Positions 1 to 10,017 are shown, counted from the first letter of the stretch. The stretch is DNA of 64,000 nt from an uncultured Gammaproteobacteria bacterium (GCA_964488055.1 CAZATL010000003.1:245-64244); one strand, 5' to 3'. Notes: a model not told the origin generated them from the letters alone. Numbers and translations are program-made.

Positions 1-944
1 CACTCAAAACCATACCTTCTATACTTCTTGAGAGAAGTGTGAACTTCAAAGAGATAGTAAAAGTGCAAGTCGTCGAGAATACACTTTTTTATGTTATTGT
101 ATCGATTTTCATCGTTCTAAAGTTTGAGATCTATAGCTTTGCCCTTGCAGTGCTTGCCAGATCACTAGTTGGGACAATATTAATATACAGAATAAGTCCA
201 TGGAGGCCAATGTTCGGAATAAATTGGCAAGCACTTCGTTCACTCCTTTCATTTGGAATACCTTTTCAGGCCAATTCATTTTTGGCGCTGATCAAGGATG
301 ATCTGATGATCATTTTTCTAGGCAAAACACTTGGACTTGCGTCACTTGGTGAGATTGTATGGGCAAAAAAATGGGCAGAGGCGCCCATACGAATAGTGAT
401 GGATAACGTAACAAAGATACTTTTCCCGCTAGTCTCAAGACTTCAGGAAGATGGCGTGAATATGAAGAAGACAGTTGTGTCAACTATCTGGATACAATTT
501 GCATTCCTTGCACCAACAGTTTTGGTCGCAGCGCTTGCAATGCCGTATATAGTGAAATACATTCCAAAGTATTCCAAGTGGGAGTCTGCACTTCCAATTT
601 TTTATATATTTTGTATTTCAGCTGTCTTCTCCACACTCTCGACACCTCTCCTAAACGTCTTCAACGCTCTAAAAAAGCCCAAGATACCACTTGCTTTTAT
701 GACATTTTGGACAGTTTCAACATGGGTATTCTCTCCACCCGCCATAAGTATGTTTGGGTCAATAGGCTTTGCTTATGTCCAGCTTGCACTATCATCGACG
801 TTTATCATCATTCTTTTTCTGACCAAATTTAGTCTTGGGATTGAGATATTTGATTTCCATATACCACTATCCACACTTCGTGAAGCCACACACTTTGCAT
901 GGAACAACTTACGAAGAAACAAAAATGTGTCTAGTCATTCTTGA
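1..944 (+). CDS. Wzx/MOP-type polysaccharide flippase, C-terminal portion (5' end lies outside the window)
   Basis: The reading frame is open from nt 3 to the stop at 942-944. The product is a series of hydrophobic helices (FGIPFQANSFLALIKDDLMIIFLGK...) like the C-terminal half of Polysacc_synt/Wzx transporters. It sits next to glycosyltransferase genes. Confidence 0.6.
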   Translation, partial: LKTIPSILLERSVNFKEIVKVQVVENTLFYVIVSIFIVLKFEIYSFALAVLARSLVGTILIYRISPWRPMFGINWQALRSLLSFGIPFQANSFLALIKDDLMIIFLGKTLGLASLGEIVWAKKWAEAPIRIVMDNVTKILFPLVSRLQEDGVNMKKTVVSTIWIQFAFLAPTVLVAALAMPYIVKYIPKYSKWESALPIFYIFCISAVFSTLSTPLLNVFNALKKPKIPLAFMTFWTVSTWVFSPPAISMFGSIGFAYVQLALSSTFIIILFLTKFSLGIEIFDFHIPLSTLREATHFAWNNLRRNKNVSSHS

Positions 945-1650
945 GAAGACCAGTTTTCGCCAGGATTATAAGCCAGATAAACTCGAGAAGCTTTGCTTGC
1001 CTTCCCATTCTCCATGGCTGCAACATAAGTCTAAATAGCCATTCTAGCCCAATTCTTCTTATCATCATAGGAGCTCTGGCGACTTTTCCAGATACAAAGT
1101 CAAACCCTCCACCCACTCCCATACAAACTATTCCATGAAGATTGCTTTTATTTTTCTCTATCCATAGCTCTTGATCGGGCGATCCAAAGGCTAAAAAAAG
1201 TACATTAGGCCTAATGGACAGTATTTTAGGTAGAAGCTCTGGCTCGTTTTTGTCGACATCAGGAAGCGAAAAGTATTCGCAACTATTTTCTAATGTTTTT
1301 GAGAATTGATCTGCGACTTCTTTGGCCACTCCACCCATCCCGCCGACAAAGACTATCCTTTTGCCCCTACATCTTTTTACCATGTCTACCATCAGATCTA
1401 CTCCTGTCACTCGCTTGACACTCTCTTTGCCAAGTATCTTGGACGCAAATACTATGCCCACTCCGTCAGCAACGACAACGCTGTCTGGATGAAAATACAC
1501 ACCCCAAAACTCTCGCTTGTGGTATGCAGCCACTGCATTTTCTGGATTCAATGAAACAATATGCAAGAACTTATTGTTGCTTATTGACTCTTCTATGGTT
1601 CTTATCAGGCTGTCTGTTTTTGATACTTGGTTTAGTAGTTTTTTTAGCAT
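931..1650 (-). CDS. WecB/TagA/CpsF-family (GT26) glycosyltransferase
   Basis: Family-typical blocks are present: LNPENAVAAY, VVADGVGIVFASKILG, RVTGVDLM, KRIVFVGGMGGVA, FLAFGSPDQELWI, GVGGGFDFVSGKVARAP and GLEWLFRL. I chose the ATG at 1650 because the 72 upstream codons of the tracked ORF run into the divergent GT2 gene. A TACAAT box (minus strand, 1666-1661) lies just upstream. Confidence 0.85.
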   Translation of the reverse strand: MLKKLLNQVSKTDSLIRTIEESISNNKFLHIVSLNPENAVAAYHKREFWGVYFHPDSVVVADGVGIVFASKILGKESVKRVTGVDLMVDMVKRCRGKRIVFVGGMGGVAKEVADQFSKTLENSCEYFSLPDVDKNEPELLPKILSIRPNVLFLAFGSPDQELWIEKNKSNLHGIVCMGVGGGFDFVSGKVARAPMMIRRIGLEWLFRLMLQPWRMGRQAKLLEFIWLIILAKTGLLKND

Positions 1651-1699
1651 CTTTATAGCTATTGTACCAACTAAAGTAGTGTTATAATGAGTGTCAAGT

Positions 1700-2638
1700 A
1701 TGGATGTAAGCGCAATAATTGTGGCCGAGGGAGCATGTCCTGACATTAGACTAACCATAAGCAGCTCAAAAGAGCTTGCCCGCGAGACAATCATAGTCGA
1801 TATTGGTATAGATCTTGCAGTGCGTCGAAGCATACAGTCTGAATACGACGACATCACGATTCGCAAGATGGATAAGCCGGATTTTGTTGAACTTATCCGC
1901 CAGGAAACATTCTCTTTTGCGACCTATGACTGGATACTACTTCTTGATCCTGATGAATACCTATCTCCAGATCTTGTGAGATATATTCAGACACTTAATG
2001 CAGAGACAATCGCAGGCAACACTCACTTCAAGATACCTAGACAAAACTACATATTCGGCAAATGGATATCTCACAGCAGATGGTGGCCAGATTACCAGGT
2101 GAGGCTTTTCCGAAAAGACAGCGTTGAGTGGCCCAAGATGCTCCACGCGCAGCCACTTATAAATGGCAAAGGTTATGTGATACCGGCGTTTGAGAACGAA
2201 AAGGTAGAAATGAACGCAAAAACCATTGTCCACCACAACTACACGGGTATTGTCCAGTATCTTGAGAAAGCAGTGAGATATGCCAAAGTCGAAGCAGATG
2301 ACATTGTATCGCAGGAAAAAGACTATTCGCTTCTTGAAGCAACACGCAACGCTACATCAGAGTTTATATCTAGGTTTTTCGCAGAAAAGGGATACAAAGA
2401 TGGCGTACACGGCTTCATACTTGCTATTCTTCAGATGTTTTACAGCATACTTATCTTTTGTTTCGTGTGGGAAAAGCGAGGATATAGCGAAGTTACCCCA
2501 CTATCACTTCATAAATCAGTAAATCAGGTTTTTATGACCACAAGTAAAGAGATACTTTATTGGAGAAGAAGAGAGAAGATAATAAAAGGAGCTCAACTTT
2601 TTATTACAAAAATCAAAGAATGGGCCCTCTCTTCCTAG
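1700..2638 (+). CDS. GT2 glycosyltransferase (WaaE/KdtX-like subtype) with C-terminal membrane helix
   Basis: The N-terminal GT-A region has the acidic motif LLLDPDEY. The block SRWWPDYQVRLFRK is shared with the paralog at 25453. A hydrophobic helix (FILAILQMFYSILIFCFVW) lies near the C-terminus. The start could be GTG 1691 or ATG 1700. TGTTATAAT at 1680-1688 favours 1700. Confidence 0.8.
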   Translation: MDVSAIIVAEGACPDIRLTISSSKELARETIIVDIGIDLAVRRSIQSEYDDITIRKMDKPDFVELIRQETFSFATYDWILLLDPDEYLSPDLVRYIQTLNAETIAGNTHFKIPRQNYIFGKWISHSRWWPDYQVRLFRKDSVEWPKMLHAQPLINGKGYVIPAFENEKVEMNAKTIVHHNYTGIVQYLEKAVRYAKVEADDIVSQEKDYSLLEATRNATSEFISRFFAEKGYKDGVHGFILAILQMFYSILIFCFVWEKRGYSEVTPLSLHKSVNQVFMTTSKEILYWRRREKIIKGAQLFITKIKEWALSS

Positions 2639-2650
2639 AAATAGGCTTCA

Positions 2651-4393
2651 CTAAATCCTCTTCTTTTTTGCACGGATAGATACAAATGCAGCATATACAA
2701 CTAATACACCAATCGAGATAAGTGTTACGTACTTGCCAAATCTTCGAACCTTCGTGTCCTCATACACAACAAATGCCTCGTGCTCACCCTTTGGCACACC
2801 GAACGTAATCACACCTCTATATGCCGGGTCCTGGAATTCGATGGGCACTGACGCCCCATCCACATAAGCGGTCCATCCTGGGAAATAGAAGGTGTGATCA
2901 TTCACAGTGACATCTGTGTCAGCTACAACTTTGTATTTTCGGCTGGCATTTTTTATTATTCTATCCACTATCTCACCTCTCCCCTTCACTATCTCACCCT
3001 TTTGTCTTGAGATAGGATATTCTCTCGAATCAAGTGTCCATTTGGGCTGGACCATGAGACCATGATAGTTTTCTGCTGAAAAATAGAACGAGTCCATTGG
3101 TATATTTGTGTAGTTTTTGCCATAAATTTGTGGGAACTGCAAGACAATAACGAGCGAAATGATCGAGCACCACAAAATTAGTCCTATTTTCTTTCTGTGA
3201 CTGCTTATCTCGTACAAATATACAAATAGAATTGAGGAAAAAAAGTATACAACAGACAGGAATCTAGATGGGATCTGAATATTCCCAAGTGTTGGAATAC
3301 TTTCATAAAAGTATTGCGATAGGATTGATCCAAAAAAGAGCGAAATTACAAGTCCTACGAGAGAGATTATGAATACATTTTTCCTGATCTCTGATTTGTT
3401 ATCTGGGCTTACCTCTTCGTCCTTGCTCAATTTCACCAAGAAATTACCTCGCCAGACTACAATAATAGCTATGAGAAATACTGTAAATAGGGTAAGAATT
3501 ATCGTCTCAAGTAACCCAAAGCGTATATCTGCACAGCGCCAAAAAATATAATTCATTTCGACACAAGTGAATCTTGGAAACAAGCTGACAAAGCTCTTGG
3601 CGGTCAAAGCTTGATCATAGACCAAAAGATTGCTATTTGCCGCCATATATAGGTATTTACTCTCAAGCATGAGCGGTAGTAGATAGTAAGAAGATGCGGC
3701 AAGCGCCAGAATAGACGAGAAAATCGTACCCAACCACTTCATGTAGTCAAATCGCAAGAAAACTAAAGCTGCTACAAAAATGGCGGGTGTATATAAGATA
3801 AGTGACATGGGATGTGTCAGGATTAGAAGAGTCAGAAGTATGGCGAATATAAGATAAAATTTCGATCTACTGTACTGCTTGATGTAAAGTATTGTTATAA
3901 ATATATATGGGAGCCAAACTGTTGAGAAAAGCTCTGGCATTGCTCCTCTTACATATATGTTTGTGATCCTGTACGTAGCAAATGTATAGAGAAATGTTCC
4001 CAAGAAGGCGCCACTTGGTGACATAAAAAGCGCCAAAAATATATAAAATCCCATGGCTGATGCAATAAGTGCAATGAAAATGAGCAGGTAGTAGGAAATA
4101 AGCGGACTGTTTGTAACGAATGTCAGCATGCCTCCTATGTAGTTTGGGATCTGGTGTGAGATCGTGCCAACTGGCAAGCCGTAATTAGCAAATCCATCGC
4201 CCCACATCACAGGGAACTCGCCATCCCCCATAGCATTATGAAACTGTGCGATCGTCAGTATGTGCGCATTTGAGTCAAGCATGGCAGCTTTTGAGCCATG
4301 CAAGAGAGGCTCTGCTATGACAAGTATATTGGCAAATATGACAAATACCAGCCACGTGCCGTGTACTCGAGTGAATTTCTTTATACTATCCAT
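2651..4393 (-). CDS. Large polytopic membrane protein, PTPS-related/YfhO-like (putative GT-C-type glycosyltransferase)
   Basis: The 580-aa product has at least 10 hydrophobic helices. Its first loop reads DSNAHILTIAQFHNAMGDGEFPVMWGDGFANYGLP. A roughly 130-aa soluble C-terminal region is followed by a final TM anchor. Family assignment is by resemblance only. Confidence 0.6.
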   Translation of the reverse strand: MDSIKKFTRVHGTWLVFVIFANILVIAEPLLHGSKAAMLDSNAHILTIAQFHNAMGDGEFPVMWGDGFANYGLPVGTISHQIPNYIGGMLTFVTNSPLISYYLLIFIALIASAMGFYIFLALFMSPSGAFLGTFLYTFATYRITNIYVRGAMPELFSTVWLPYIFITILYIKQYSRSKFYLIFAILLTLLILTHPMSLILYTPAIFVAALVFLRFDYMKWLGTIFSSILALAASSYYLLPLMLESKYLYMAANSNLLVYDQALTAKSFVSLFPRFTCVEMNYIFWRCADIRFGLLETIILTLFTVFLIAIIVVWRGNFLVKLSKDEEVSPDNKSEIRKNVFIISLVGLVISLFFGSILSQYFYESIPTLGNIQIPSRFLSVVYFFSSILFVYLYEISSHRKKIGLILWCSIISLVIVLQFPQIYGKNYTNIPMDSFYFSAENYHGLMVQPKWTLDSREYPISRQKGEIVKGRGEIVDRIIKNASRKYKVVADTDVTVNDHTFYFPGWTAYVDGASVPIEFQDPAYRGVITFGVPKGEHEAFVVYEDTKVRRFGKYVTLISIGVLVVYAAFVSIRAKKKRI

Positions 4394-4417
4394 TGTTTAG
4401 ATTATAATATCAAACTG

Positions 4418-4933
4418 ATGCTTATACAAAGATTCAGATATATCTTCGTTGTCTCGGTTCTGATCATTGGCGCGCTCTTCTTGCTCGGGAAGACCAGATA
4501 TATCATAAACCCTATGTCAAGATATGTGCTTCGCAGTACATACATCGCTACCCTCAAAAGTGATAATAAAATTGACGCAGAAAAATTTTGGGAGTTCAGG
4601 GACTTTTACTTTGCAGACACATCCACATTCAAGCATGATAATGTGGGGGGTGATAAACCATTTTTGATATTATCAAATGGTGCGATACAAAGTCTTGATT
4701 TTCTAGTATTGCCAAACTCACCTCTAGCTAATAAATTTGTAATACCAAACGGCGTAAAGATCATTCTACAATCACAGAATGAAGTGGTGTATGAAGACGG
4801 GAAAAGAACCATCATTAGATTCACAAAGGAAATGCCCGAGATGCAAAAAGTGAATGGTTTTTTCAGTTATTTTGGGGTAGATCTCAAAAAATTTGACAAT
4901 TACCTCTGGTACAACGAGACAACTATCTATTAG
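4418..4933 (+). CDS. Hypothetical N-terminally anchored protein
   Basis: The ATG at 4418 gives MLIQRFRYIFVVSVLIIGALFLLGK (signal-anchor) plus a roughly 140-aa soluble part. The longer tracked ORF start at 4298 overlaps the divergent upstream gene. No motif was recognised. Confidence 0.5.
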   Translation: MLIQRFRYIFVVSVLIIGALFLLGKTRYIINPMSRYVLRSTYIATLKSDNKIDAEKFWEFRDFYFADTSTFKHDNVGGDKPFLILSNGAIQSLDFLVLPNSPLANKFVIPNGVKIILQSQNEVVYEDGKRTIIRFTKEMPEMQKVNGFFSYFGVDLKKFDNYLWYNETTIY

Positions 4934-4946
4934 TAAAAGTGCAAAG

Positions 4947-6602
4947 ATGAGATCAATAAGTCTTCATTTGAAAAACTCCAAATATCTTATTCCTAGTGTG
5001 TTGCTTTTCCTTTGTTTAGCGTCACTACTACTTCATTTATACAAGGCGGGTGATCTATGTCTAAATGAAGATGAGGCAGCCCAGGGATACAATACTTATT
5101 CGGTGTTACAAACAGGTAAGGACGAATATGGCAAACTCCCAATCAGATATCTCTCATTTGGCGAAAACAAACTCCCACTAACTGGACTACTTTCAGCACC
5201 ATTTATTTATTTCATAGGACTTAGTGACATAAGCGTTAGATTACCTGTTTACATAATCGGGACAATATTTCCATTGCTTTTTTACTTTGCCACATACTCA
5301 CTTACGAAAAATAAGTCAGTTGCACTTTGTGCAGCATTTTTTTCTACATCGAACTTTTGGCTCCAAGCAACTAGTCGTCACCAGCACGAGGCTGTTGTAC
5401 TATCTGCAATAGTTCTGCTATATATCACCATTCTCTTCTCGAGAAAGACACTCACAAAAAAGTATTTCACGATACTATCGTCGCTCACATTTCTTGGATT
5501 TTATACTTATCATAGTGCCAAGATAATCATTCCTTCCCTTACTGTATTTACAGTATTGTACGTATTTGCCAAAGAGAAATTGGCAATATCCGAGAACCTA
5601 AAGTCTGCACTCTTGGTAGCAGCCATACTATCGATTGGCATAGTGATGTTTGCCTCTACAGAATTTCTGGTGCCAAATAACAGACTGGGGAATCTCTCAT
5701 ATTTTACACACCCAGTTTTCATCCACGAGATTGAAGAAGGTAGAAGACTTGGTGGGTCGCCACTCTTTTACAACAAAGCGGTCTACGGAACTTATAAGCT
5801 TGCCACGAGATCACTCGGCTATCTCTCACCACAGTACCTACTTATAAACTCTGACCCAAACCCAAGATATGGATCTTCATATTTGCCACTTCTATCGATT
5901 GTTGAATACATTTTATTCTTGGTTGGGATAATTATTTCGTGTGTCCAAATCTATTACAAAAGATCGCTTAGCACCAACTTGTTTCTCCATTATTTTATTA
6001 TCATTTCTATTCTCCCTGCATCGCTCGCGCTACCTGTTGGCTCATCAACGAGGAGCTACCTGCTCCTAATTCCAACTATCATACTTACATCACAAGCAGT
6101 TATACATATTTCGAATCACGTGAAAAGATTGGTTTCAAATAAGTATTTTGCTTACTTATTTGTGTTTGTGGTCTTGGCAGTTCACACCTGTTTGGCAGCA
6201 ACTACCTGGGGCAAGTATTTCAATGAATATTTGAGCAACCCAAAGACAAGTATTGCCTGGCAATGCGGCATGAAGCAGGTTGCCAAATATGCCTGGGAAA
6301 ACTACGGTGAGTATGACAAGATAAATATAGCAAGTACCATGGGTCAACCATACATTTTTTTGCTTTTCTATGGTGGTCCATATCCTCCGAGTGAGTACCA
6401 AAAAGTATCAAAGGTTATGCCATACAATACTTACGGATTTTGGGAGCAAGAGACATTCGACAGGTTTACTTTCGCCAAAAGTGCGATATGCGATCCAGAG
6501 GGTAGAACCCTAAACATTACAAATAACAAAGCACTTCTTGGCGCAATAAATATTAACCTTCAAAAATTATCACATGGCTTTTATGCTTTCAGTTGCAAGT
6601 AA
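4947..6602 (+). CDS. GT-C glycosyltransferase, ArnT/PMT (GT39/GT83)-like
   Basis: It is polytopic. The first extracytoplasmic loop carries the acidic motif NEDEAAQGYNTYSVLQTGKDEYGKLP, followed by RLPVYIIGTIFPLLFY. It is a paralog of the next gene. The ATG at 4947 lies just after the upstream stop. Confidence 0.75.
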   Translation: MRSISLHLKNSKYLIPSVLLFLCLASLLLHLYKAGDLCLNEDEAAQGYNTYSVLQTGKDEYGKLPIRYLSFGENKLPLTGLLSAPFIYFIGLSDISVRLPVYIIGTIFPLLFYFATYSLTKNKSVALCAAFFSTSNFWLQATSRHQHEAVVLSAIVLLYITILFSRKTLTKKYFTILSSLTFLGFYTYHSAKIIIPSLTVFTVLYVFAKEKLAISENLKSALLVAAILSIGIVMFASTEFLVPNNRLGNLSYFTHPVFIHEIEEGRRLGGSPLFYNKAVYGTYKLATRSLGYLSPQYLLINSDPNPRYGSSYLPLLSIVEYILFLVGIIISCVQIYYKRSLSTNLFLHYFIIISILPASLALPVGSSTRSYLLLIPTIILTSQAVIHISNHVKRLVSNKYFAYLFVFVVLAVHTCLAATTWGKYFNEYLSNPKTSIAWQCGMKQVAKYAWENYGEYDKINIASTMGQPYIFLLFYGGPYPPSEYQKVSKVMPYNTYGFWEQETFDRFTFAKSAICDPEGRTLNITNNKALLGAININLQKLSHGFYAFSCK

Positions 6603-8322
6603 GCTGGCCAAAGATTATAAAACAGGATTTGTTAAGTATAGTCTTGTTGTCATTGTGGTTGTGATGTCTGCTGTAATAAGGTTACACAAAATTGACACTG
6701 CACCATATGGCACACTAGTTGACGAGGCAAGCTATGGTTATATTGCATACTCTTTGTCAGAAACCGGCAAAGATGAACTTGGAAATGCGCTTCCATTTAG
6801 CTTCAAAGCGTTTGGCGACTACAAGATGCCAGTGTATGCCTATACTTTGGTACCTACCATAAGACTTTTTGGTCTTTCAAATCTATCAGTTAGGTTGCCT
6901 TCTGTGGTCTCCGGGGTGCTTATTACATACCTTACTTATTTCATTCTTAGGAAATTACACCTCGGATTCAGTACTTCGATATTATCAACGCTTATTGTTG
7001 CTTTTTCTCCATGGAGCATTTTGTTGAGTAGGTTTGCCTTCGAATCAAATGTTGCTTTGTTTTTGTTTATGGCTTCCATAGCGTGCTTCGTTTCATACCT
7101 GCAGTCAAGGAACAAATACTTACTAATACTTTCTTCGATATTGCTTGGGTTTACTTGGTATACATATATAGCGTACAGGATGGCGACTATTGGCATCGTG
7201 GTTGCAACTTCAATTTATTTGATTGCAAGCAAGCGCATTACTAGAAGAAGTGTGATTTTATTTATTGCGACCTTCATATTAGTCATTTTGCCACTCATGC
7301 CGACAATATTTTCCTCAAGTGGCACAGCAAGGTTCAGTCAGATCGGACTTTTCTCGAATGAATCGATAGTAAGCGAGATTAGCGAGTTTCGAGGATTGTG
7401 CTACAAGGATTGGCCGAGAGTTGTGTGCAATGTAATAGTCAATAGACCTGTGGCCTGGATAGGATCCATACTACAGAATCTTTTCTCATCTTTATCACTT
7501 GAATTTTTGTTCCTAAGTGGAGATAAGGGTTTGCTTTATTTGACAGTGTCAAACTATGGTGCATTTTTATTGCCGACTATTGTATTGTACTTTGCTGGAA
7601 TCGTAGCGCTTTTTGGTAAGGATAGAAACAAGTCAAGTATCATTTTGTTTGTTTCACTTGTTTTTTTAGCTCTCATCCCTTCGGCACTTGTCGGATTGCC
7701 ACAAAAGGTTAGGCTCTCTCCTTTCTTTCCTTTTGCGATCTTTTTGTTTGCGATGGGATACGAACAAATAATGATATTCCTACATAGGTTTGGCACAAGA
7801 GCAAAAAATGCTTTTACATTAGTGTACGGTGTGATTATTTGCACTCTGGGACTTATATATAGCCTGAACATGACATATGTCCATTTCGTAAAATTCTCAC
7901 AAGAGTATGCAGGACCATTGAGAGGAGCCATAGTTGAAGCAAACTCCAAATACAAAAATATTGACACTTATTTTGCATCAGATCTACACGATGCAATAAT
8001 TCATTATGCTTTTTATACAAAAATAAGTCCAGCAAGCTATCAAAAATTTGCCAAATATAGTGTGCCAGACAGTGGCGACTTCTCACACCCTATAAGTTAT
8101 AAAAATGTGCATATGCAGTCAATCTCTGTCAAAGACATATATTGCATGCAAAAGAATACTGGTAAGGATTTTGTTTTTATTACAACGAAAAATCTTGAAT
8201 TAAGCGGTGAATCTCTCTATCCACCAGTATATAAGTATTTGTCACATGACAAAAACTCGTCACTAATGTATATATATTATTTTGACCATAAAAACGACAT
8301 AAAATGTAACAAAGTTTTGTAG
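6574..8322 (+). CDS. GT-C glycosyltransferase, ArnT/PMT-like (paralog of 4947-6602)
   Basis: VDEASYGYIAYSLSETGKDELGNALPFSFKAFGDYKMPVY and RLPSVVSGVLITYLTYF align with the upstream gene. It is polytopic and overlaps the upstream gene by 29 nt. The start could be 6574 or 6583. Confidence 0.75.
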   Translation: MAFMLSVASKLAKDYKTGFVKYSLVVIVVVMSAVIRLHKIDTAPYGTLVDEASYGYIAYSLSETGKDELGNALPFSFKAFGDYKMPVYAYTLVPTIRLFGLSNLSVRLPSVVSGVLITYLTYFILRKLHLGFSTSILSTLIVAFSPWSILLSRFAFESNVALFLFMASIACFVSYLQSRNKYLLILSSILLGFTWYTYIAYRMATIGIVVATSIYLIASKRITRRSVILFIATFILVILPLMPTIFSSSGTARFSQIGLFSNESIVSEISEFRGLCYKDWPRVVCNVIVNRPVAWIGSILQNLFSSLSLEFLFLSGDKGLLYLTVSNYGAFLLPTIVLYFAGIVALFGKDRNKSSIILFVSLVFLALIPSALVGLPQKVRLSPFFPFAIFLFAMGYEQIMIFLHRFGTRAKNAFTLVYGVIICTLGLIYSLNMTYVHFVKFSQEYAGPLRGAIVEANSKYKNIDTYFASDLHDAIIHYAFYTKISPASYQKFAKYSVPDSGDFSHPISYKNVHMQSISVKDIYCMQKNTGKDFVFITTKNLELSGESLYPPVYKYLSHDKNSSLMYIYYFDHKNDIKCNKVL

Positions 8323-8334
8323 ATAGAATAACTT

Positions 8335-10017
8335 ATGAAAAAGTTTTATCCCAATATTTATAAGATCTTACTTATTGTCGCTGGCATTGTCCTAAATCTT
8401 CTTTTTATCATCCCAAGCATCAAATGGGGATGTGAGGCGAATATTTGTGGGCTGTGGATGGGAGAATGGCATTATCACGATGCGCTATGGCATATTGCCG
8501 TATCACGAGTGTCATTTGAGTCGTTCCCGTTTGTGTATCCTTCCGCATCGGGATTTACACTCACATCATATAACTACCTCTTGGGATTAATCTTACATAT
8601 GCTCGAGATTGTTAAAATCGATTCATTCATTTCATATTTTTATTTGCTTCCAATTATCTCCAATTTGCTATTTGCATGTGCAATATTTCGATATTTGAGT
8701 TTAACCAAGAAAACTGTATCGCAGTCAATATGGATAATATTTTTCACGTACTTTTGCGGCTCTTTCTCATATTTTCTAATCTTTTATAATCAAACTATCG
8801 CTGATTACAGCATTCTTAAGGGGTTTCCAGTCGCCACTACTCTTCAACCAAGTTTCGTACTCTCAAATATTCAATTTTTTATTTCTCTTGCTGTATTTGT
8901 ATATATATTTACTGATATTGTCACAAAGAAATTAGATAAGAAAATGATGCTGATTCACGCTTTTCTTATTACAATTAGTATCGGACTAAAGATGTATACA
9001 AGCATGCTAACTTTGCTTGTAGTCTTCATTGGAGCCGCAGTTTGGTTCGCCAAAGGTCAAAAAATGATAAGTTGTATGTATCTACTCTCAATTTTTGGAT
9101 TTTCAGCTTTTGCTTATTTGGGTTTTTATTTGCCATATGAGTCATACATAAATGGCTTGCCTTTTGCTTTTTATCCACTATCAATTCCACATGTTCTGAC
9201 CGAGTCTCAAAACCTTTTTTACAATAAAGAATTCACTCTTGGAAGATACTACATGATAGGCTTGAATAAGCTGTCTCCACGACTTGTAATGTACGAGCTA
9301 ATTAGCGCAATTATTTTTGTGGTAATTAATTTGGGCACGAGAATACTTTTTCCACTATATTTTATTAAATCTAGACTTAATCTGGAAAATGTGATATTGC
9401 TTGCCGTGAGTCTGACCGGGTTTATTATTCCGATATTTTATATCCAGAAAAGTGGCGGATGGTACAACTCCATCCAGTTCGCTTATTTGAGCATATACAC
9501 AACTGGAATCTTGTCTGCTCTCTTACTAGACAGGATGATAAATGCGAAAAAAAAAGCCTTGAAAATCACCGCAATACTCTTTGCCATTGTCATTATAGTT
9601 TTGTCGCTACCTAATACGATATTTACTCTCAATTTTCTGGTAAAAGATAAAATTCTGATAAGTCAGTCAGAGCTTGATGCATTGTCATTTTTGGCCAGCC
9701 AACAAAATGGCATTGTACTTTCTTTACCCGATGGCAAAAATTCGTCCTACGTGCCTGCACTGTCGCGTAAGATAAGCTATCTCATAGACGACGAACAAGC
9801 AGCACTACTAAACTTGCCCACATCTGATAGAAGGGAGAGAATAGATAAAAGGGACTGTAGCATTTTGAGTGAAATTGACTATATATACCTTAATAACGAA
9901 CACGGACAGGAGTTTTCAAGATGTGGTCAAGTGAAAAAGCAGTTTAGATTAACTTACAAAATTGGAGGGGTAGTAATATTCTCAAGGCTCCAATCTGGAA
10001 TACAAACTCACGAGTGA
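8335..10017 (+). CDS. Polytopic membrane protein, unassigned family B (paralog 1 of 3), GT-C-like
   Basis: The N-terminal loop reads C-x3-C-G...HYHDALWHIAVSRVSFESFPFVYPSASGFTLTSYNYLL. An internal motif GGWYNSIQF is present. The C-terminal soluble block reads SELDALSFL...GIVLSLP...SYVPALSRKISYL. All three blocks are shared with 9982-11715 and 14098-15852. Confidence 0.7.
   Translation: MKKFYPNIYKILLIVAGIVLNLLFIIPSIKWGCEANICGLWMGEWHYHDALWHIAVSRVSFESFPFVYPSASGFTLTSYNYLLGLILHMLEIVKIDSFISYFYLLPIISNLLFACAIFRYLSLTKKTVSQSIWIIFFTYFCGSFSYFLIFYNQTIADYSILKGFPVATTLQPSFVLSNIQFFISLAVFVYIFTDIVTKKLDKKMMLIHAFLITISIGLKMYTSMLTLLVVFIGAAVWFAKGQKMISCMYLLSIFGFSAFAYLGFYLPYESYINGLPFAFYPLSIPHVLTESQNLFYNKEFTLGRYYMIGLNKLSPRLVMYELISAIIFVVINLGTRILFPLYFIKSRLNLENVILLAVSLTGFIIPIFYIQKSGGWYNSIQFAYLSIYTTGILSALLLDRMINAKKKALKITAILFAIVIIVLSLPNTIFTLNFLVKDKILISQSELDALSFLASQQNGIVLSLPDGKNSSYVPALSRKISYLIDDEQAALLNLPTSDRRERIDKRDCSILSEIDYIYLNNEHGQEFSRCGQVKKQFRLTYKIGGVVIFSRLQSGIQTHE

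Noticed and set aside
1691-2638. The two WWPD-motif GT2 enzymes as the polyprenyl-phosphate sugar synthases (GtrB/ArnC/DPM1-like) feeding the GT-C array
   Set aside because: The ...WWPD-x3-RL(F/I)... block resembles WaaE/KdtX-type GT2 enzymes rather than the GtrB/ArnC family. I cannot support the donor-synthase role from sequence alone.
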